DNA of 64,000 nt from an uncultured Prevotellaceae bacterium. Its GTDB lineage: Bacteria; Bacteroidota; Bacteroidia; Bacteroidales; Bacteroidaceae. Made by a program: the position numbers and the translations under genes. Positions 37,247 to 46,350 of the stretch are shown here, one piece after another (the first letter of the stretch is position 1; every line of letters begins with the position of its first letter). Location of the stretch: contig CAMKTJ010000011.1 of assembly GCA_946415645.1 (NCBI GenBank), positions 2,627 through 66,626 on the forward strand. The letters run 5' to 3'. The notes below the pieces were generated by a model. It saw only the letters and a program-made list of their open reading frames with translations, did not search any database and was not told the DNA's origin.

Positions 37247-38166
37247 AAATTACGAGGATGATGCTCCAGAATCTCCTCACGCAGATGGCTTCTATCTATG
37301 TGCATATAGATCTCCGTCGTGGAGATATCCTCATGTCCCAGCATAGCCTGGATGGCTCGCAGGTTTGCCCCACCCTCCAATAGGTGAGTAGCAAAGCTAT
37401 GACGGAAAGTATGCGGACTGATATTCTTCTGTATGCCAGCCCGTTGAGCATAATCCTTGATGTAGACAAAAAGGGTGATTCTGCTCAACTTGGTACCCCT
37501 TTTGGTACTGATAAACACATAGTCCTCATGCCCAGGTTTTGCCTTTACACTTGTCCGTACCACAAACCACTGGCGCAACTTCTCTATAGCCTGTTCGCCA
37601 ATAGGAACCAGGCGTTCCTTACGGCCTTTTCCATGAACACGGATATAGCCTTCTTCCAGGAACAACTCACTCATCTTCAAGCCACATAACTCACTTATAC
37701 GCAAGCCACAACTGTACAGCATCTCTATGATGGCAACATCCCTAACGCCTTGTGGTTTGCTCTTGTCTATAGCCTGCTCTATGGCATCTATCTCCTGAAT
37801 GCTCAATACCTCCGGAAGGTGTTTTCCTATCTGCGGATTCTCCAACAATTCTGTGGGATCCGTCTCTATCTCCTTCTCCAGAACCAGGAAACGATAGAAA
37901 GAACGCACGCCACTTAGGATACGGGCCACACTACGGGGCTGGACACCTAACTCCCGCAAAGAACCGGAGAAATAATCCAACTGCTCCAATGTTACATGGC
38001 GGAAGTCGATACCCACATCAGCATAGTAGTTCAGCAGCTTTTGCAAGTCCCTGACATAGGCATCCAACGTGTTGCCTGTATAGGACCTCTCAAGCCTGAG
38101 ATATTGCATATAACGCCTCAGAATCTGAGGAGAAATAGCACCTGTATTTGTGAACTGATAACCCAA
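37225..38166 (-). CDS. xerD: site-specific tyrosine recombinase XerD
   Basis: HTFRHSFATHLLEGGANLRAIQAMLGHEDISTTEIYMH catalytic region, with divergent aroQ as neighbour. Confidence 0.9.
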   Translation of the reverse strand: MGYQFTNTGAISPQILRRYMQYLRLERSYTGNTLDAYVRDLQKLLNYYADVGIDFRHVTLEQLDYFSGSLRELGVQPRSVARILSGVRSFYRFLVLEKEIETDPTELLENPQIGKHLPEVLSIQEIDAIEQAIDKSKPQGVRDVAIIEMLYSCGLRISELCGLKMSELFLEEGYIRVHGKGRKERLVPIGEQAIEKLRQWFVVRTSVKAKPGHEDYVFISTKRGTKLSRITLFVYIKDYAQRAGIQKNISPHTFRHSFATHLLEGGANLRAIQAMLGHEDISTTEIYMHIDRSHLREEILEHHPRNLRVKSEE

Positions 38167-38224
38167 AATCCCTTCGTTTGAATTAAATTTGCCTAATAAT
38201 GCGCGCTTGTTTAGCTATTTTCCT

Positions 38225-38232
38225 TATCTTTG
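38225..38232 (+). promoter_or_regulatory. candidate -7 box (TAnnTTTG)
   Basis: TATCTTTG, 24 nt upstream of the aroQ ATG. A second box for xerD (rc CAAAAGTA) lies at 38239-38246. Confidence 0.5.
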
Positions 38233-38256
38233 TAGCGGCAAAAGTACAGAAAAATT

Positions 38257-38697
38257 ATGAGAATACAAATTATCAACGGCCCTAACTTGAATTTGTTGGG
38301 CGTTCGCGAGCCTGAGATTTACGGGAAGAAGGCTTGGGCAGATTATTTGAAAGACTTGCGTACACGTTTCCCACAGGTGCGCATCGACTATTACCAGAGC
38401 AATCTGGAAGGTGAAATCATCAACAAGATCCAGGAGGTTGGATTCGACCGTGATGGAATAGTACTGAATGCCGGTGCCTACACGCATACCAGCGTTGCCA
38501 TTCTGGATGCTCTGAAGAGTGTAAGCACTCCTGCTGTTGAAGTTCACATCAGCAACGTTCACCAGCGCGAGGAGTTCCGTCGTAAGAGCCTCATCAGCCC
38601 TGGATGTCTGGGTGTTATCTGCGGTTTCGGTCTGGACAGCTACCGTCTGGCCATTGAAGCGTTGATAGATAAGGCCTCTTGTGAAAGTGAAGAGTGA
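38257..38697 (+). CDS. aroQ: type II 3-dehydroquinate dehydratase
   Basis: IINGPNLNLLGVREPEIYG..HISNVHQREEFR. Confidence 0.95.
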   Translation: MRIQIINGPNLNLLGVREPEIYGKKAWADYLKDLRTRFPQVRIDYYQSNLEGEIINKIQEVGFDRDGIVLNAGAYTHTSVAILDALKSVSTPAVEVHISNVHQREEFRRKSLISPGCLGVICGFGLDSYRLAIEALIDKASCESEE

Positions 38698-38770
38698 AAA
38701 GTGAAGAGTGAAGAATCAATGATTACAAATCAAATCTGAATTCTTAACTCCTAATTCATAATTCCTAATT
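38681..38770. repeat. (GTGAARA)5 array forming the aroQ 3' end, followed by a CTAATTC-type array
   Basis: GTGAAAGTGAAGAGTGAAAAGTGAAGAGTGAAGAATC (38681-38717) encodes ..CESEE*. TGAATTCTTAACTCCTAATTCATAATTCCTAATT lies at 38737-38770. Confidence 0.9.
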
Positions 38771-39401
38771 GAACTTAGACGACTACATACTGCATCATAT
38801 TGATGCTGAGGGAGAATACCTGCATGAGCTGTGGCGAGATACACAGCTCAGGCTGTCTTATGGCCAAATGGCAAGCGGACATTTGCAAGGCCGTTTGCTG
38901 AAAATGCTGGTGCAGATGATTCGTCCCCGTATGGTATTGGAGTTAGGCACCTTCAGCGGATACAGCGCCCTCAGCATGGCTGAAGGACTGGAGGAAGGTG
39001 CCGAACTGCATACCTTTGAAATCTTTGATGAGCAGGAGGACTTTATCCGCAAATGGTTTGATGGCAGTAAGTATGCCAACAAGCTGTACCTGCATATTGG
39101 CGATGCCCTGCAACTGGTGCCACTGATGGATATCATCTGGGACCTTGCCTTTATTGATGCCGACAAGCGCCAGTACGTAGAATACTACCAGATGATCCTG
39201 CCCCGTATGCGCAAGGGCGGCTATATCATTGCCGACAACACCCTGTGGTACGGCCACGTACTGGAAGAACACCCTCGCGAGAGTGACCTGCAAACCCAAG
39301 GCGTTCAAGCCTTCAACGACCTCATAGCCAAAGACGACAGGGTAGAAAAGGTTATCCTTCCCCTTCGCGATGGACTAACCTTAATAAGGGTTAAGGAATA
39401 A
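38769..39401 (+). CDS. class I SAM-dependent O-methyltransferase (caffeoyl-CoA OMT-like)
   Basis: LELGTFSGYSALSMAEGL SAM-binding motif and FIDADK. The ORF-track start codon is TTG (38769-38771). Confidence 0.85.
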   Translation: MNLDDYILHHIDAEGEYLHELWRDTQLRLSYGQMASGHLQGRLLKMLVQMIRPRMVLELGTFSGYSALSMAEGLEEGAELHTFEIFDEQEDFIRKWFDGSKYANKLYLHIGDALQLVPLMDIIWDLAFIDADKRQYVEYYQMILPRMRKGGYIIADNTLWYGHVLEEHPRESDLQTQGVQAFNDLIAKDDRVEKVILPLRDGLTLIRVKE

Positions 39402-39432
39402 CTTTCCAGAAAACAACTTATTTAGGCAGGAA

Positions 39433-39465
39433 AATCAACTTAGATTTTTTTTATTTAAGTTGATT
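39433..39465 (+). terminator. AT-rich hairpin after the O-methyltransferase gene
   Basis: AATCAACTTA..TAAGTTGATT stem with a T-rich loop. Confidence 0.45.
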
Positions 39466-39562
39466 CTTACCCACAATCAAGTTAAAAAACATTCCGTTTC
39501 TTACACTCTCCTTTAGCGATACGGCGTGTTACTGTCAGAGAAACGGCTTTTTCTCGCAGACA

Positions 39563-40897
39563 CTAATTGCCTGCAAACTCCCTAATGATGCGTAAAGTGG
39601 ATGAATCTGCTGCAAAGACAGAGTTGAGGCCTTGCTCCTCGAAGGCAGGATCACAGGTATAATCGTCCCATGGCTGCCATTTGTAATGAAGCTGTGAGGC
39701 CAATCCGCCCCAGCCCCAGAAACTGCAACCAACAAACTTTCCGCCAACAACATCCATCTCGCGATACATATCTACCAACCAGAAAACAGCCTGGTAATAA
39801 CGGTCCCTGCCTATTGTTGGAGTTCCAGGCGTAACAGAATAGTTATCGCGTGGATAGCCAAACTCCTCAAGCACCATAGGTTTGTTCAAGTCATATACTT
39901 TCTGGTAGCACAGGTCTATGTATTCTGCCGTTTTCTTGATGGCTGTATCTATGCTATCAATCATAGAAGTGGAACCGTTGATATCCTTAGCTTCCGCAAT
40001 AGGACCTGATACAGGACCTATCCAATGCCAATTATAAGGCCAGATGTGAATGCAGATGAAATCAATCTCTGGGTACGAATGGATCTGACGGAAGAGGTCG
40101 GCATCCAATTCACATCCCCAAATTCCTTCACTACCCGTAGTTACCAGATGATTGGCATCAAGGCTCTTGATGAGTGATGCCTGATCCTTCACCCACTGGG
40201 CAAAACATGCCTTGGTGATAGAGTCGCCGGCAAAGGCACGAGGCTCGTTGGCCAACTCCCAAGCTAGAATGGCAGGTGATTCAGAATAAGGCTTGCCTGT
40301 AATCGTATTGGTTCTGCTTACAATATGCTTTACGTGGTTAGCAGCAAATGTCTTTGCATTATCGTTCTTGACAAACTGGCTATGGTATTTCACGAAGGCG
40401 TCCCAATCCTCTGGGTCAGCAGCCTGTCCGCATCCTGCCCACTCTAGATAAGCGCCATAACCACCACTCCATTCCCAAGCATTATTCAGATAGAGCGTTG
40501 CTGTCATCTCTCGCTTCTCCAATTCGGAGAGCAAGAAATCCAGGCCCAGCAGAATGGTATCATTGTATTCGCCGGGGTGAGATTGCAGTATAGGAGAAAT
40601 ATGTCTTCCCAAGCAATCACGACCGTCAGCACCCACTAAAACACGAATGGTGGTAATGCCCGTCTCCTTCATCAAGTCCAGTTCCTTTAGGAGTCGTTCT
40701 CTGTTGCCGCCCCTACCTTCACTGCCCAGAATAGCGCCATACCAGAAGTTGGCACCTATATAACGGTACTCCTTATCTCCACGGAAGAACTTTCCTTCCT
40801 TAACGGTTACGAACTCTGATTCGGTATTTGCAGATTGATTGCAAGCACATAAACTGCAAAGACACAACAATAATGCGAAAATGGCTGATTTATTCAT
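39563..40897 (-). CDS. glycoside hydrolase family 5 protein (mannanase/cellulase-like)
   Basis: Signal peptide/lipobox LCSLCAC. WELANEP acid/base motif and LEEFGYP nucleophile region. Confidence 0.8.
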   Translation of the reverse strand: MNKSAIFALLLCLCSLCACNQSANTESEFVTVKEGKFFRGDKEYRYIGANFWYGAILGSEGRGGNRERLLKELDLMKETGITTIRVLVGADGRDCLGRHISPILQSHPGEYNDTILLGLDFLLSELEKREMTATLYLNNAWEWSGGYGAYLEWAGCGQAADPEDWDAFVKYHSQFVKNDNAKTFAANHVKHIVSRTNTITGKPYSESPAILAWELANEPRAFAGDSITKACFAQWVKDQASLIKSLDANHLVTTGSEGIWGCELDADLFRQIHSYPEIDFICIHIWPYNWHWIGPVSGPIAEAKDINGSTSMIDSIDTAIKKTAEYIDLCYQKVYDLNKPMVLEEFGYPRDNYSVTPGTPTIGRDRYYQAVFWLVDMYREMDVVGGKFVGCSFWGWGGLASQLHYKWQPWDDYTCDPAFEEQGLNSVFAADSSTLRIIREFAGN

Positions 40898-40920
40898 TGG
40901 GAATCGTATAAATAAAAACG

Positions 40921-40940
40921 CCCTCCCATTTGGGGGAGGG
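40921..40940. repeat. CCCTCCC-N6-GGGAGGG mini-hairpin
   Basis: CCCTCCCATTTGGGGGAGGG lies in the GH5-AraC spacer. Confidence 0.75.
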
Positions 40941-40956
40941 ACGGGGTGAGGGGCTA

Positions 40957-41832
40957 TTAGATAATAATCTTGCTCTTGTGATAGTTATCACGGAAGGCTG
41001 TGGGGGAGCAACCCTTCTTCTTCTTGAAGATGCGGTTGAAGTTACTGATATTGTTGAATCCGCATGCATAACAGATCTCAGCAACACTGGTGGGAGAATC
41101 TACCAACAGACGGGCTGCATGTCCCAGACGGATATCTATCATATAGTCGGAAACCGTCTTGCCTGTACGGGTACGGAAGAAACGGCTGAAGGCTGCAGGA
41201 GTCATTCCTGCAATATCAGCAAGGGTCTTCAGACGGATTTCCTGCTTGTAGTTCTTGTCGATATACTCTTCTACCTGACGTACACGCTTGCTCTCAGGAG
41301 CATTCTTGACGTTGGCAAAAGACTTACTTGCCAGCAGGTGATAGTTCTCCTGCAGAGAGAGTTCATAAAGAATCTCTAACAGTCCCAACATTCTGTAGAA
41401 TCCGGGCTGAGCCTGCGTGATGCGGGTAATCTTTCCGTATAGCTCCATGATGGCCGGAAGATCAAAGGCAATACCACGCTTTGCATTCTCGAACATCGCA
41501 CGAAGGCTGCTGAGCTGATTCTTCTGTAAGAACTGATCACCCAACAGGTCTGTGGGGAACTGGATGGTAATCTCGTGTATGGACTGACTCTGGCAGTCGT
41601 ACTGGTCCCATGTATGTTCCAGTCCGCTTCCTACCAGCACCAGGTCATACTTACCCAGCACTTCTATGCTATCTCCAACAATACGGCGGGCGCCGTCGCA
41701 ATTCTCCACAAAGTTCAGTTCCATCTCGTCATGCTTGTGCAGGGGGTAAGAAAAACATTCCTTATCCCTGTCCATCATATAGAAACAGTCCTTCTCTGAT
41801 AGAGGGGTTATCTCCGTAATCACGTTGTCCAT
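40957..41832 (-). CDS. AraC family transcriptional regulator (cupin sensor plus AraC HTH)
   Basis: The C-terminal region LADIAGMTPAAFSRFFRTRTGKTVSDYMIDIRLGHAARLL..VAEICYACGFNNISNFNRIFKKKKGCSP is a typical AraC dual HTH. Confidence 0.9.
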   Translation of the reverse strand: MDNVITEITPLSEKDCFYMMDRDKECFSYPLHKHDEMELNFVENCDGARRIVGDSIEVLGKYDLVLVGSGLEHTWDQYDCQSQSIHEITIQFPTDLLGDQFLQKNQLSSLRAMFENAKRGIAFDLPAIMELYGKITRITQAQPGFYRMLGLLEILYELSLQENYHLLASKSFANVKNAPESKRVRQVEEYIDKNYKQEIRLKTLADIAGMTPAAFSRFFRTRTGKTVSDYMIDIRLGHAARLLVDSPTSVAEICYACGFNNISNFNRIFKKKKGCSPTAFRDNYHKSKIII

Positions 41833-41950
41833 AATATTAAAATTGTGTAATTTTGGCTGCTAAGGTACGCAAAATATGCGAATTGCACAAATTTTACATC
41901 AAAAAGTAGCTAAAAGATGCAACATACGTATACATCTTAAATATTTTACG

Positions 41951-41958
41951 TACTTTTG
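41951..41958 (+). promoter_or_regulatory. candidate -7 box (TAnnTTTG)
   Basis: TACTTTTG, 40 nt upstream of ATG 41999. This supports the shorter GH2 start. Confidence 0.5.
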
Positions 41959-41998
41959 TACGCATTTAACCAATATTCAAACACTTATAGGACTAGCA

Positions 41999-44900
41999 AT
42001 GAAAAAAAGTACTATCCCCTACCTGATGATGCTGACAATTGTCATGCTAACCCTTACAGGAAGTGCCTATGCACAGAGTTTATGGCAGAAACAGACTGCC
42101 CCGATAATGACGCCCTGGGGCGAGCAACTGACAGCCGACAATGTCTGGCCTGAATATCCACGTCCCTCTATGAAGAGACAGGATTGGATGAACCTGAACG
42201 GCGTATGGCAGTACTTCAAACGCTCGACGATAAAATACGACTACGAGAAGACAACATCTTCTTTCTCGAAAGCCATCCTGGTGCCTTTCCCCGTTGAATC
42301 GGCACTCTCTGGTATTATGGACAAGAACTACTCCGCCAACAGAAAGGCTACGCACATGTACAGGAGAGCCTTCACCTTGCCTGAATCCTTCAAGGATAAA
42401 AATGTACTACTCCACTTCGGGGCTGTTGACTGGCGCTGCTACGTCTATGTGAACGGCCAGCTGGCAGGCACCCACGATGGCGGTTCCGTACCATTCTGCT
42501 TTGATATAACATCCCTGCTCAAGGACGGGGCAGAGCAGGAATTGCAAGTAGCTGTATGGGATCCCACAGACGGCGGTCAGCCCAACGGAAAACAAAGTGT
42601 ATCGCCCAATGGTATCTGGTACACTCCCAACAGCGGCATCTGGCAAACTGTATGGCTGGAACCCGTAAATCCAACCCATATTGTCAATTACGAGCCTATT
42701 CCCGACATAGACAACTCATCTGTCTCCATCAAAGTAAACACCTCTGCCCCATGCCAGGTAACCCTGACAGTTAAGGACGGGGACAATACAGTAGCTGAGC
42801 AAACAGGAAGTTCGGATGAGCCAATCACACTCTCCATTCCATCAGCCAAGCTATGGAGCCCGGATGAGCCCAATCTGTACAATCTTGACATTGCCATAAA
42901 AGAACAAGGGAAAGAAACAGACAAGGTAAGCGGATACTTTGGCATGAGAAAATTCTCACGCGCCATGGTTGACGGCCATCCTGCCGTATTGCTCAACAAC
43001 AAGCCCCTTTACATGTACGGTCCCCTTGACCAAGGCTGGTGGCCCGACGGATTGCTGACACCACCCTCTTACGAGGCTATGATCTATGACCTGCAGGTGA
43101 TGAAGGACTTTGGAATGAATATGGTGCGTAAGCACATCAAACTGGAGAACGACCTGTGGTTCGACTGGTGCGACAAGAACGGACTGGTTGTCTGGCAGGA
43201 TATGCCATCTGGTTGCGGAAGCGGTGCCGTAGGAAACCTGGACTACAACATGAAGAACTTCTATCGCGAGAACGAAGCCCTGATAGAAGCTACACGCCAC
43301 CATCCCTGTATAGGTGCCTGGGTAGTGTGGAACGAGGGCTGGGGACAACATGCAGAATTGGGCATGGCTCATACCAGAAGAGGCGTGAACAGTGTTATGG
43401 CAGCCAATCACGACCCAGGCAGATTCGTTCATGCCGTAACAGGATGGGTAGATGTGGAAATGGGCGACTTCCTGGATGTTCACTCCTACCCCGCCCCAGG
43501 TGCAGCCACCAATGCCGTTAACGAGCGTATTGCCTCATGCGGTGAGTTTGGCGGCATCAATCTGTTTATCAAAGATCACATGTGGGCCGGTTCGGACGTA
43601 AACTATACCACCGTTGAAGATGCCGACACATACTGCAACCTGTACGACCACTATACAGACTGCCTGCAAAGGCTGCAGCAGGAGAAAGGCCTTTGGATGT
43701 CTGTCTATACGCAGATTACGGATGTGGAGCAGGAGTGTAACGGTCTGATGACCTACGACAGAAAGATTCTGAAGGTCTCCCCTGAACAGCAGGCTATCAT
43801 GAAGGCCAACATTCTGCGCACCATCAACAGTCGCCTCAAGGGAACAAAGACCATTGTGGCCGCAGGTGATGAGAATTCCAGCATCCAGTGGAAATATACA
43901 ACAACAGAACCTGCCAGCGACTGGTACACCACAGACTTTGCTGCCTCTGGTTGGAAAACAGGAACGGCAGGCTTTGGCGGAGGCGGCAGGACAGCATGGT
44001 CAACAAGTGATATCTGGATCCGACGCAACTTCAAGATTACCAACCTGGAAGCCAACCAGCTTCCGGAACTCCGCCTATGGCTCTTCCACGATGAAGATGC
44101 CGAGATATACATCAATGGCGTACTTGCCGCCAAACCAACCGGCTATAACACCAGATACGAAACATGGCCCATGCTACCAGCAGCCCTCAATGCCCTTAAG
44201 ACAGACGGCTCTGACAATGTAATAGCCATCCATTGCAAGCAGACAACAGGCGGTCAGTTCATAGACTGCGGACTGAAACTGTGCCAGTACAAAGACAATT
44301 CTGAGCTGCAGGTTAAACCGATGCCGGAAAAGACTCCTGCACCAGAATTCAACAGCGCCAGCGGGAAGGCTTATCTGCTGACCTATACCCTGCCTACCAG
44401 CAAGAAGCTACACTATGCCTATAGCCTGGACGGAGCAAAATGGACTACCATAAACGGGAACAGAAGCATCCTGCAAGGCGAATTTGCCGATACGGAAATA
44501 TCATCACCCTTCATCCGCAGGATTGAGGTTGACGGCAAATCCACCTTCCACTTACTGGCAGACCCCATCGACAGCAGTCAGCCTGGATTCTATCACCTAC
44601 AGAGCGAGGACCTTGTAAACTGGACCAACGGAGCTAACGGAAACATCCTGATTAAACCCTCTACCACAGATATCAGCAAGGGAGAATCACCTGAATGGAT
44701 TTACGAGGAGGGGACATCTACCTTCTATATATATTGGAGTGCCAAGAACAGCGACAAGAATAGCATCTATCTGTCAACAACAAAGGACTGGAACAGATTT
44801 TCCTCGCCACGAGTGTACTTTGACCCTGGTTATTCCGTCTATGACATGCATATAGAAAAGACAGGAGGCAACTACACTGGATTCTTCTATAACAACGACA

Positions 44901-45823
44901 GGAACATCTGCAGCACGCAGACAAATGCCATAAAGACCAGTACGGTTAAGTTCTCTGATCCACAGCGTATCTTCAGTTCGCAGATACCCAAGTCGCGCGG
45001 TCCGCAGACCTTCCCTGCCTTTGACAACACAGGATGGTTCCTCCTGTACAATCCCACCAGCGACGGCGGGCAGACCATGAGTCACTCAGGAAACGTTGCT
45101 GAGAATAAATGGTATCCTTGCGACGAGAATGATATATCCCTGCCAGAGGAGGCAGAGGAGGGTTCTGTGCTGGTCATCACCACCGATGAACTCAACACTA
45201 TCCTGAACACGTTCTTCTACGAGGAATGCGAGATTCTTCCAACAGCAGAGAAAGAAGCCCGTACATGGAAATACATAACAGCATCAAGTACGGCAACCAG
45301 CGCCACCTGGACCAAGAAGAACTACGGAGAGCCCTCTTGGAAGAAGGGCTTGGCCGGTTTCGGCGCCGGGGATCCTCCAGGAAGCAACGTAAATACAACA
45401 TGGAACACCTCTGTCATCAGGCTACGCTACCATCTGGACCTCACGGGCTTCACACAAGAGCAGATACAGGCCCTTACAGGCAGAATCCATCACGATGAGG
45501 ACGTGACGGTTTACTTTAACAGTGTTGTAGCATTCAAGGAAACCGGTTATCTTACCGCCTACAAGAATATCACCCTGAATCAGGAAGCACTGGATGCCCT
45601 GACGCCAGACGACACCAACGTCATTTCCATAGAATGCGTCAACAAGGGCGGTGGGCAGTACATAGACTTCGGTCTTACAGGCATACGCCCCCTTCCTACA
45701 GGAATCAAGAAGCCCATAGCAACAGAGACATGCCTCAATGGCATATACAACCTATCGGCTCAACGACTCAATGCACCAAGAAGCGGAATAAACATCATTA
45801 ACGGAAAAAAAATACTATATTAA
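41999..45823 (+). CDS. large secreted GH2-family glycosidase with extra C-terminal modules (two galactose-binding-like repeats flanking a propeller-like segment) and T9SS-type tail
   Basis: The start is moved to MKKSTIPYLMMLTIVMLTLTGSAYAQ. It has a GH2-like N-terminus (WPEYPRPSMKRQDWMNLNGVWQY) and the motif VVWNEGWG. A duplicated ~110-aa module is present (IQWKYTT..AGFGGGG..LFHDEDAEIYINGV and TWKYITA..AGFGAGD..IHHDEDVTVYFNSV). The end is IYNLSAQRLNAPRSGINIINGKKILY. Confidence 0.8.
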   Translation: MKKSTIPYLMMLTIVMLTLTGSAYAQSLWQKQTAPIMTPWGEQLTADNVWPEYPRPSMKRQDWMNLNGVWQYFKRSTIKYDYEKTTSSFSKAILVPFPVESALSGIMDKNYSANRKATHMYRRAFTLPESFKDKNVLLHFGAVDWRCYVYVNGQLAGTHDGGSVPFCFDITSLLKDGAEQELQVAVWDPTDGGQPNGKQSVSPNGIWYTPNSGIWQTVWLEPVNPTHIVNYEPIPDIDNSSVSIKVNTSAPCQVTLTVKDGDNTVAEQTGSSDEPITLSIPSAKLWSPDEPNLYNLDIAIKEQGKETDKVSGYFGMRKFSRAMVDGHPAVLLNNKPLYMYGPLDQGWWPDGLLTPPSYEAMIYDLQVMKDFGMNMVRKHIKLENDLWFDWCDKNGLVVWQDMPSGCGSGAVGNLDYNMKNFYRENEALIEATRHHPCIGAWVVWNEGWGQHAELGMAHTRRGVNSVMAANHDPGRFVHAVTGWVDVEMGDFLDVHSYPAPGAATNAVNERIASCGEFGGINLFIKDHMWAGSDVNYTTVEDADTYCNLYDHYTDCLQRLQQEKGLWMSVYTQITDVEQECNGLMTYDRKILKVSPEQQAIMKANILRTINSRLKGTKTIVAAGDENSSIQWKYTTTEPASDWYTTDFAASGWKTGTAGFGGGGRTAWSTSDIWIRRNFKITNLEANQLPELRLWLFHDEDAEIYINGVLAAKPTGYNTRYETWPMLPAALNALKTDGSDNVIAIHCKQTTGGQFIDCGLKLCQYKDNSELQVKPMPEKTPAPEFNSASGKAYLLTYTLPTSKKLHYAYSLDGAKWTTINGNRSILQGEFADTEISSPFIRRIEVDGKSTFHLLADPIDSSQPGFYHLQSEDLVNWTNGANGNILIKPSTTDISKGESPEWIYEEGTSTFYIYWSAKNSDKNSIYLSTTKDWNRFSSPRVYFDPGYSVYDMHIEKTGGNYTGFFYNNDRNICSTQTNAIKTSTVKFSDPQRIFSSQIPKSRGPQTFPAFDNTGWFLLYNPTSDGGQTMSHSGNVAENKWYPCDENDISLPEEAEEGSVLVITTDELNTILNTFFYEECEILPTAEKEARTWKYITASSTATSATWTKKNYGEPSWKKGLAGFGAGDPPGSNVNTTWNTSVIRLRYHLDLTGFTQEQIQALTGRIHHDEDVTVYFNSVVAFKETGYLTAYKNITLNQEALDALTPDDTNVISIECVNKGGGQYIDFGLTGIRPLPTGIKKPIATETCLNGIYNLSAQRLNAPRSGINIINGKKILY

Positions 45824-45827
45824 CATT

Positions 45828-46343
45828 ATGGATTTGATACCAAGTTTTGCAGTTGACCATACCAATCTGCATCCAGGAATTTACATCTCCAGAAGAGATC
45901 AAGTTGGAGGTGAAGCAGTTACAACATACGACATCAGAATGACGTCACCCAATCAGGAGCCTGCCTTAGCGCCAGCCGCCATCCATACCATAGAGCATCT
46001 GGTGGCAACCTATCTGCGCAACGAGCCTGAGTGGAAGGATTATATCATCTATTGGGGACCTATGGGATGCCTTACGGGAAACTACCTGATTATGAAGGGA
46101 GAACATGACCCGGAAGTAATCAGACAACTGATGATAAAGGCGTTCCAGTTTGTGGTTGACTTCGAGGGAGAAGTACCAGGCACTACACCAGCCACCTGCG
46201 GCAACTGCCTGATGCACGACCTGCCTATGGCTAAATACGAAGCCAAACGATACGTGGAACGACTGAAGAACGAATTCTGCTGTACCTATCCTGGCGTAGA
46301 AAGACCGAAGGTACAAGGGAAGATGGATTTCTTTGATGCCTAA
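45828..46343 (+). CDS. luxS: S-ribosylhomocysteine lyase (AI-2 synthase)
   Basis: HTIEHL metal-binding motif and the ATCGNCLMHDL Cys region. 171 aa. Confidence 0.9.
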   Translation: MDLIPSFAVDHTNLHPGIYISRRDQVGGEAVTTYDIRMTSPNQEPALAPAAIHTIEHLVATYLRNEPEWKDYIIYWGPMGCLTGNYLIMKGEHDPEVIRQLMIKAFQFVVDFEGEVPGTTPATCGNCLMHDLPMAKYEAKRYVERLKNEFCCTYPGVERPKVQGKMDFFDA

Positions 46344-46350
46344 CCCTATA

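Noticed and set aside
37225-38166. The tyrosine recombinase as the integrase of a mobile element, given the inverted repeats on both sides.
   Set aside because: The sequence and length fit housekeeping XerD, it is paired with aroQ, and the neighbours are core genes. The flanking repeats are low-complexity heptamer arrays found throughout the window rather than att-like sites. The inversion idea is kept only as a low-probability check.
41876-41998. N-terminal extensions in the ORF track: 41876 for GH2, 17593 for the GH115-like gene, 53065 for dprA, 7143 for the ATPase and 11383 for the 199-aa protein.
   Set aside because: The extensions precede obvious signal peptides or conserved N-termini. 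They contain promoter boxes, terminators or the end of the upstream gene, and in the dprA case they run in an alternative frame across the thioredoxin-unrelated thioesterase gene. Internal ATGs give canonical N-termini.
17692-45823. Polysaccharide utilisation locus (PUL) annotation for the glycosidase clusters.
   Set aside because: No SusC-like TonB-dependent transporter or SusD-like lipoprotein ORF is present anywhere in the window. The enzymes carry T9SS-type tails instead.
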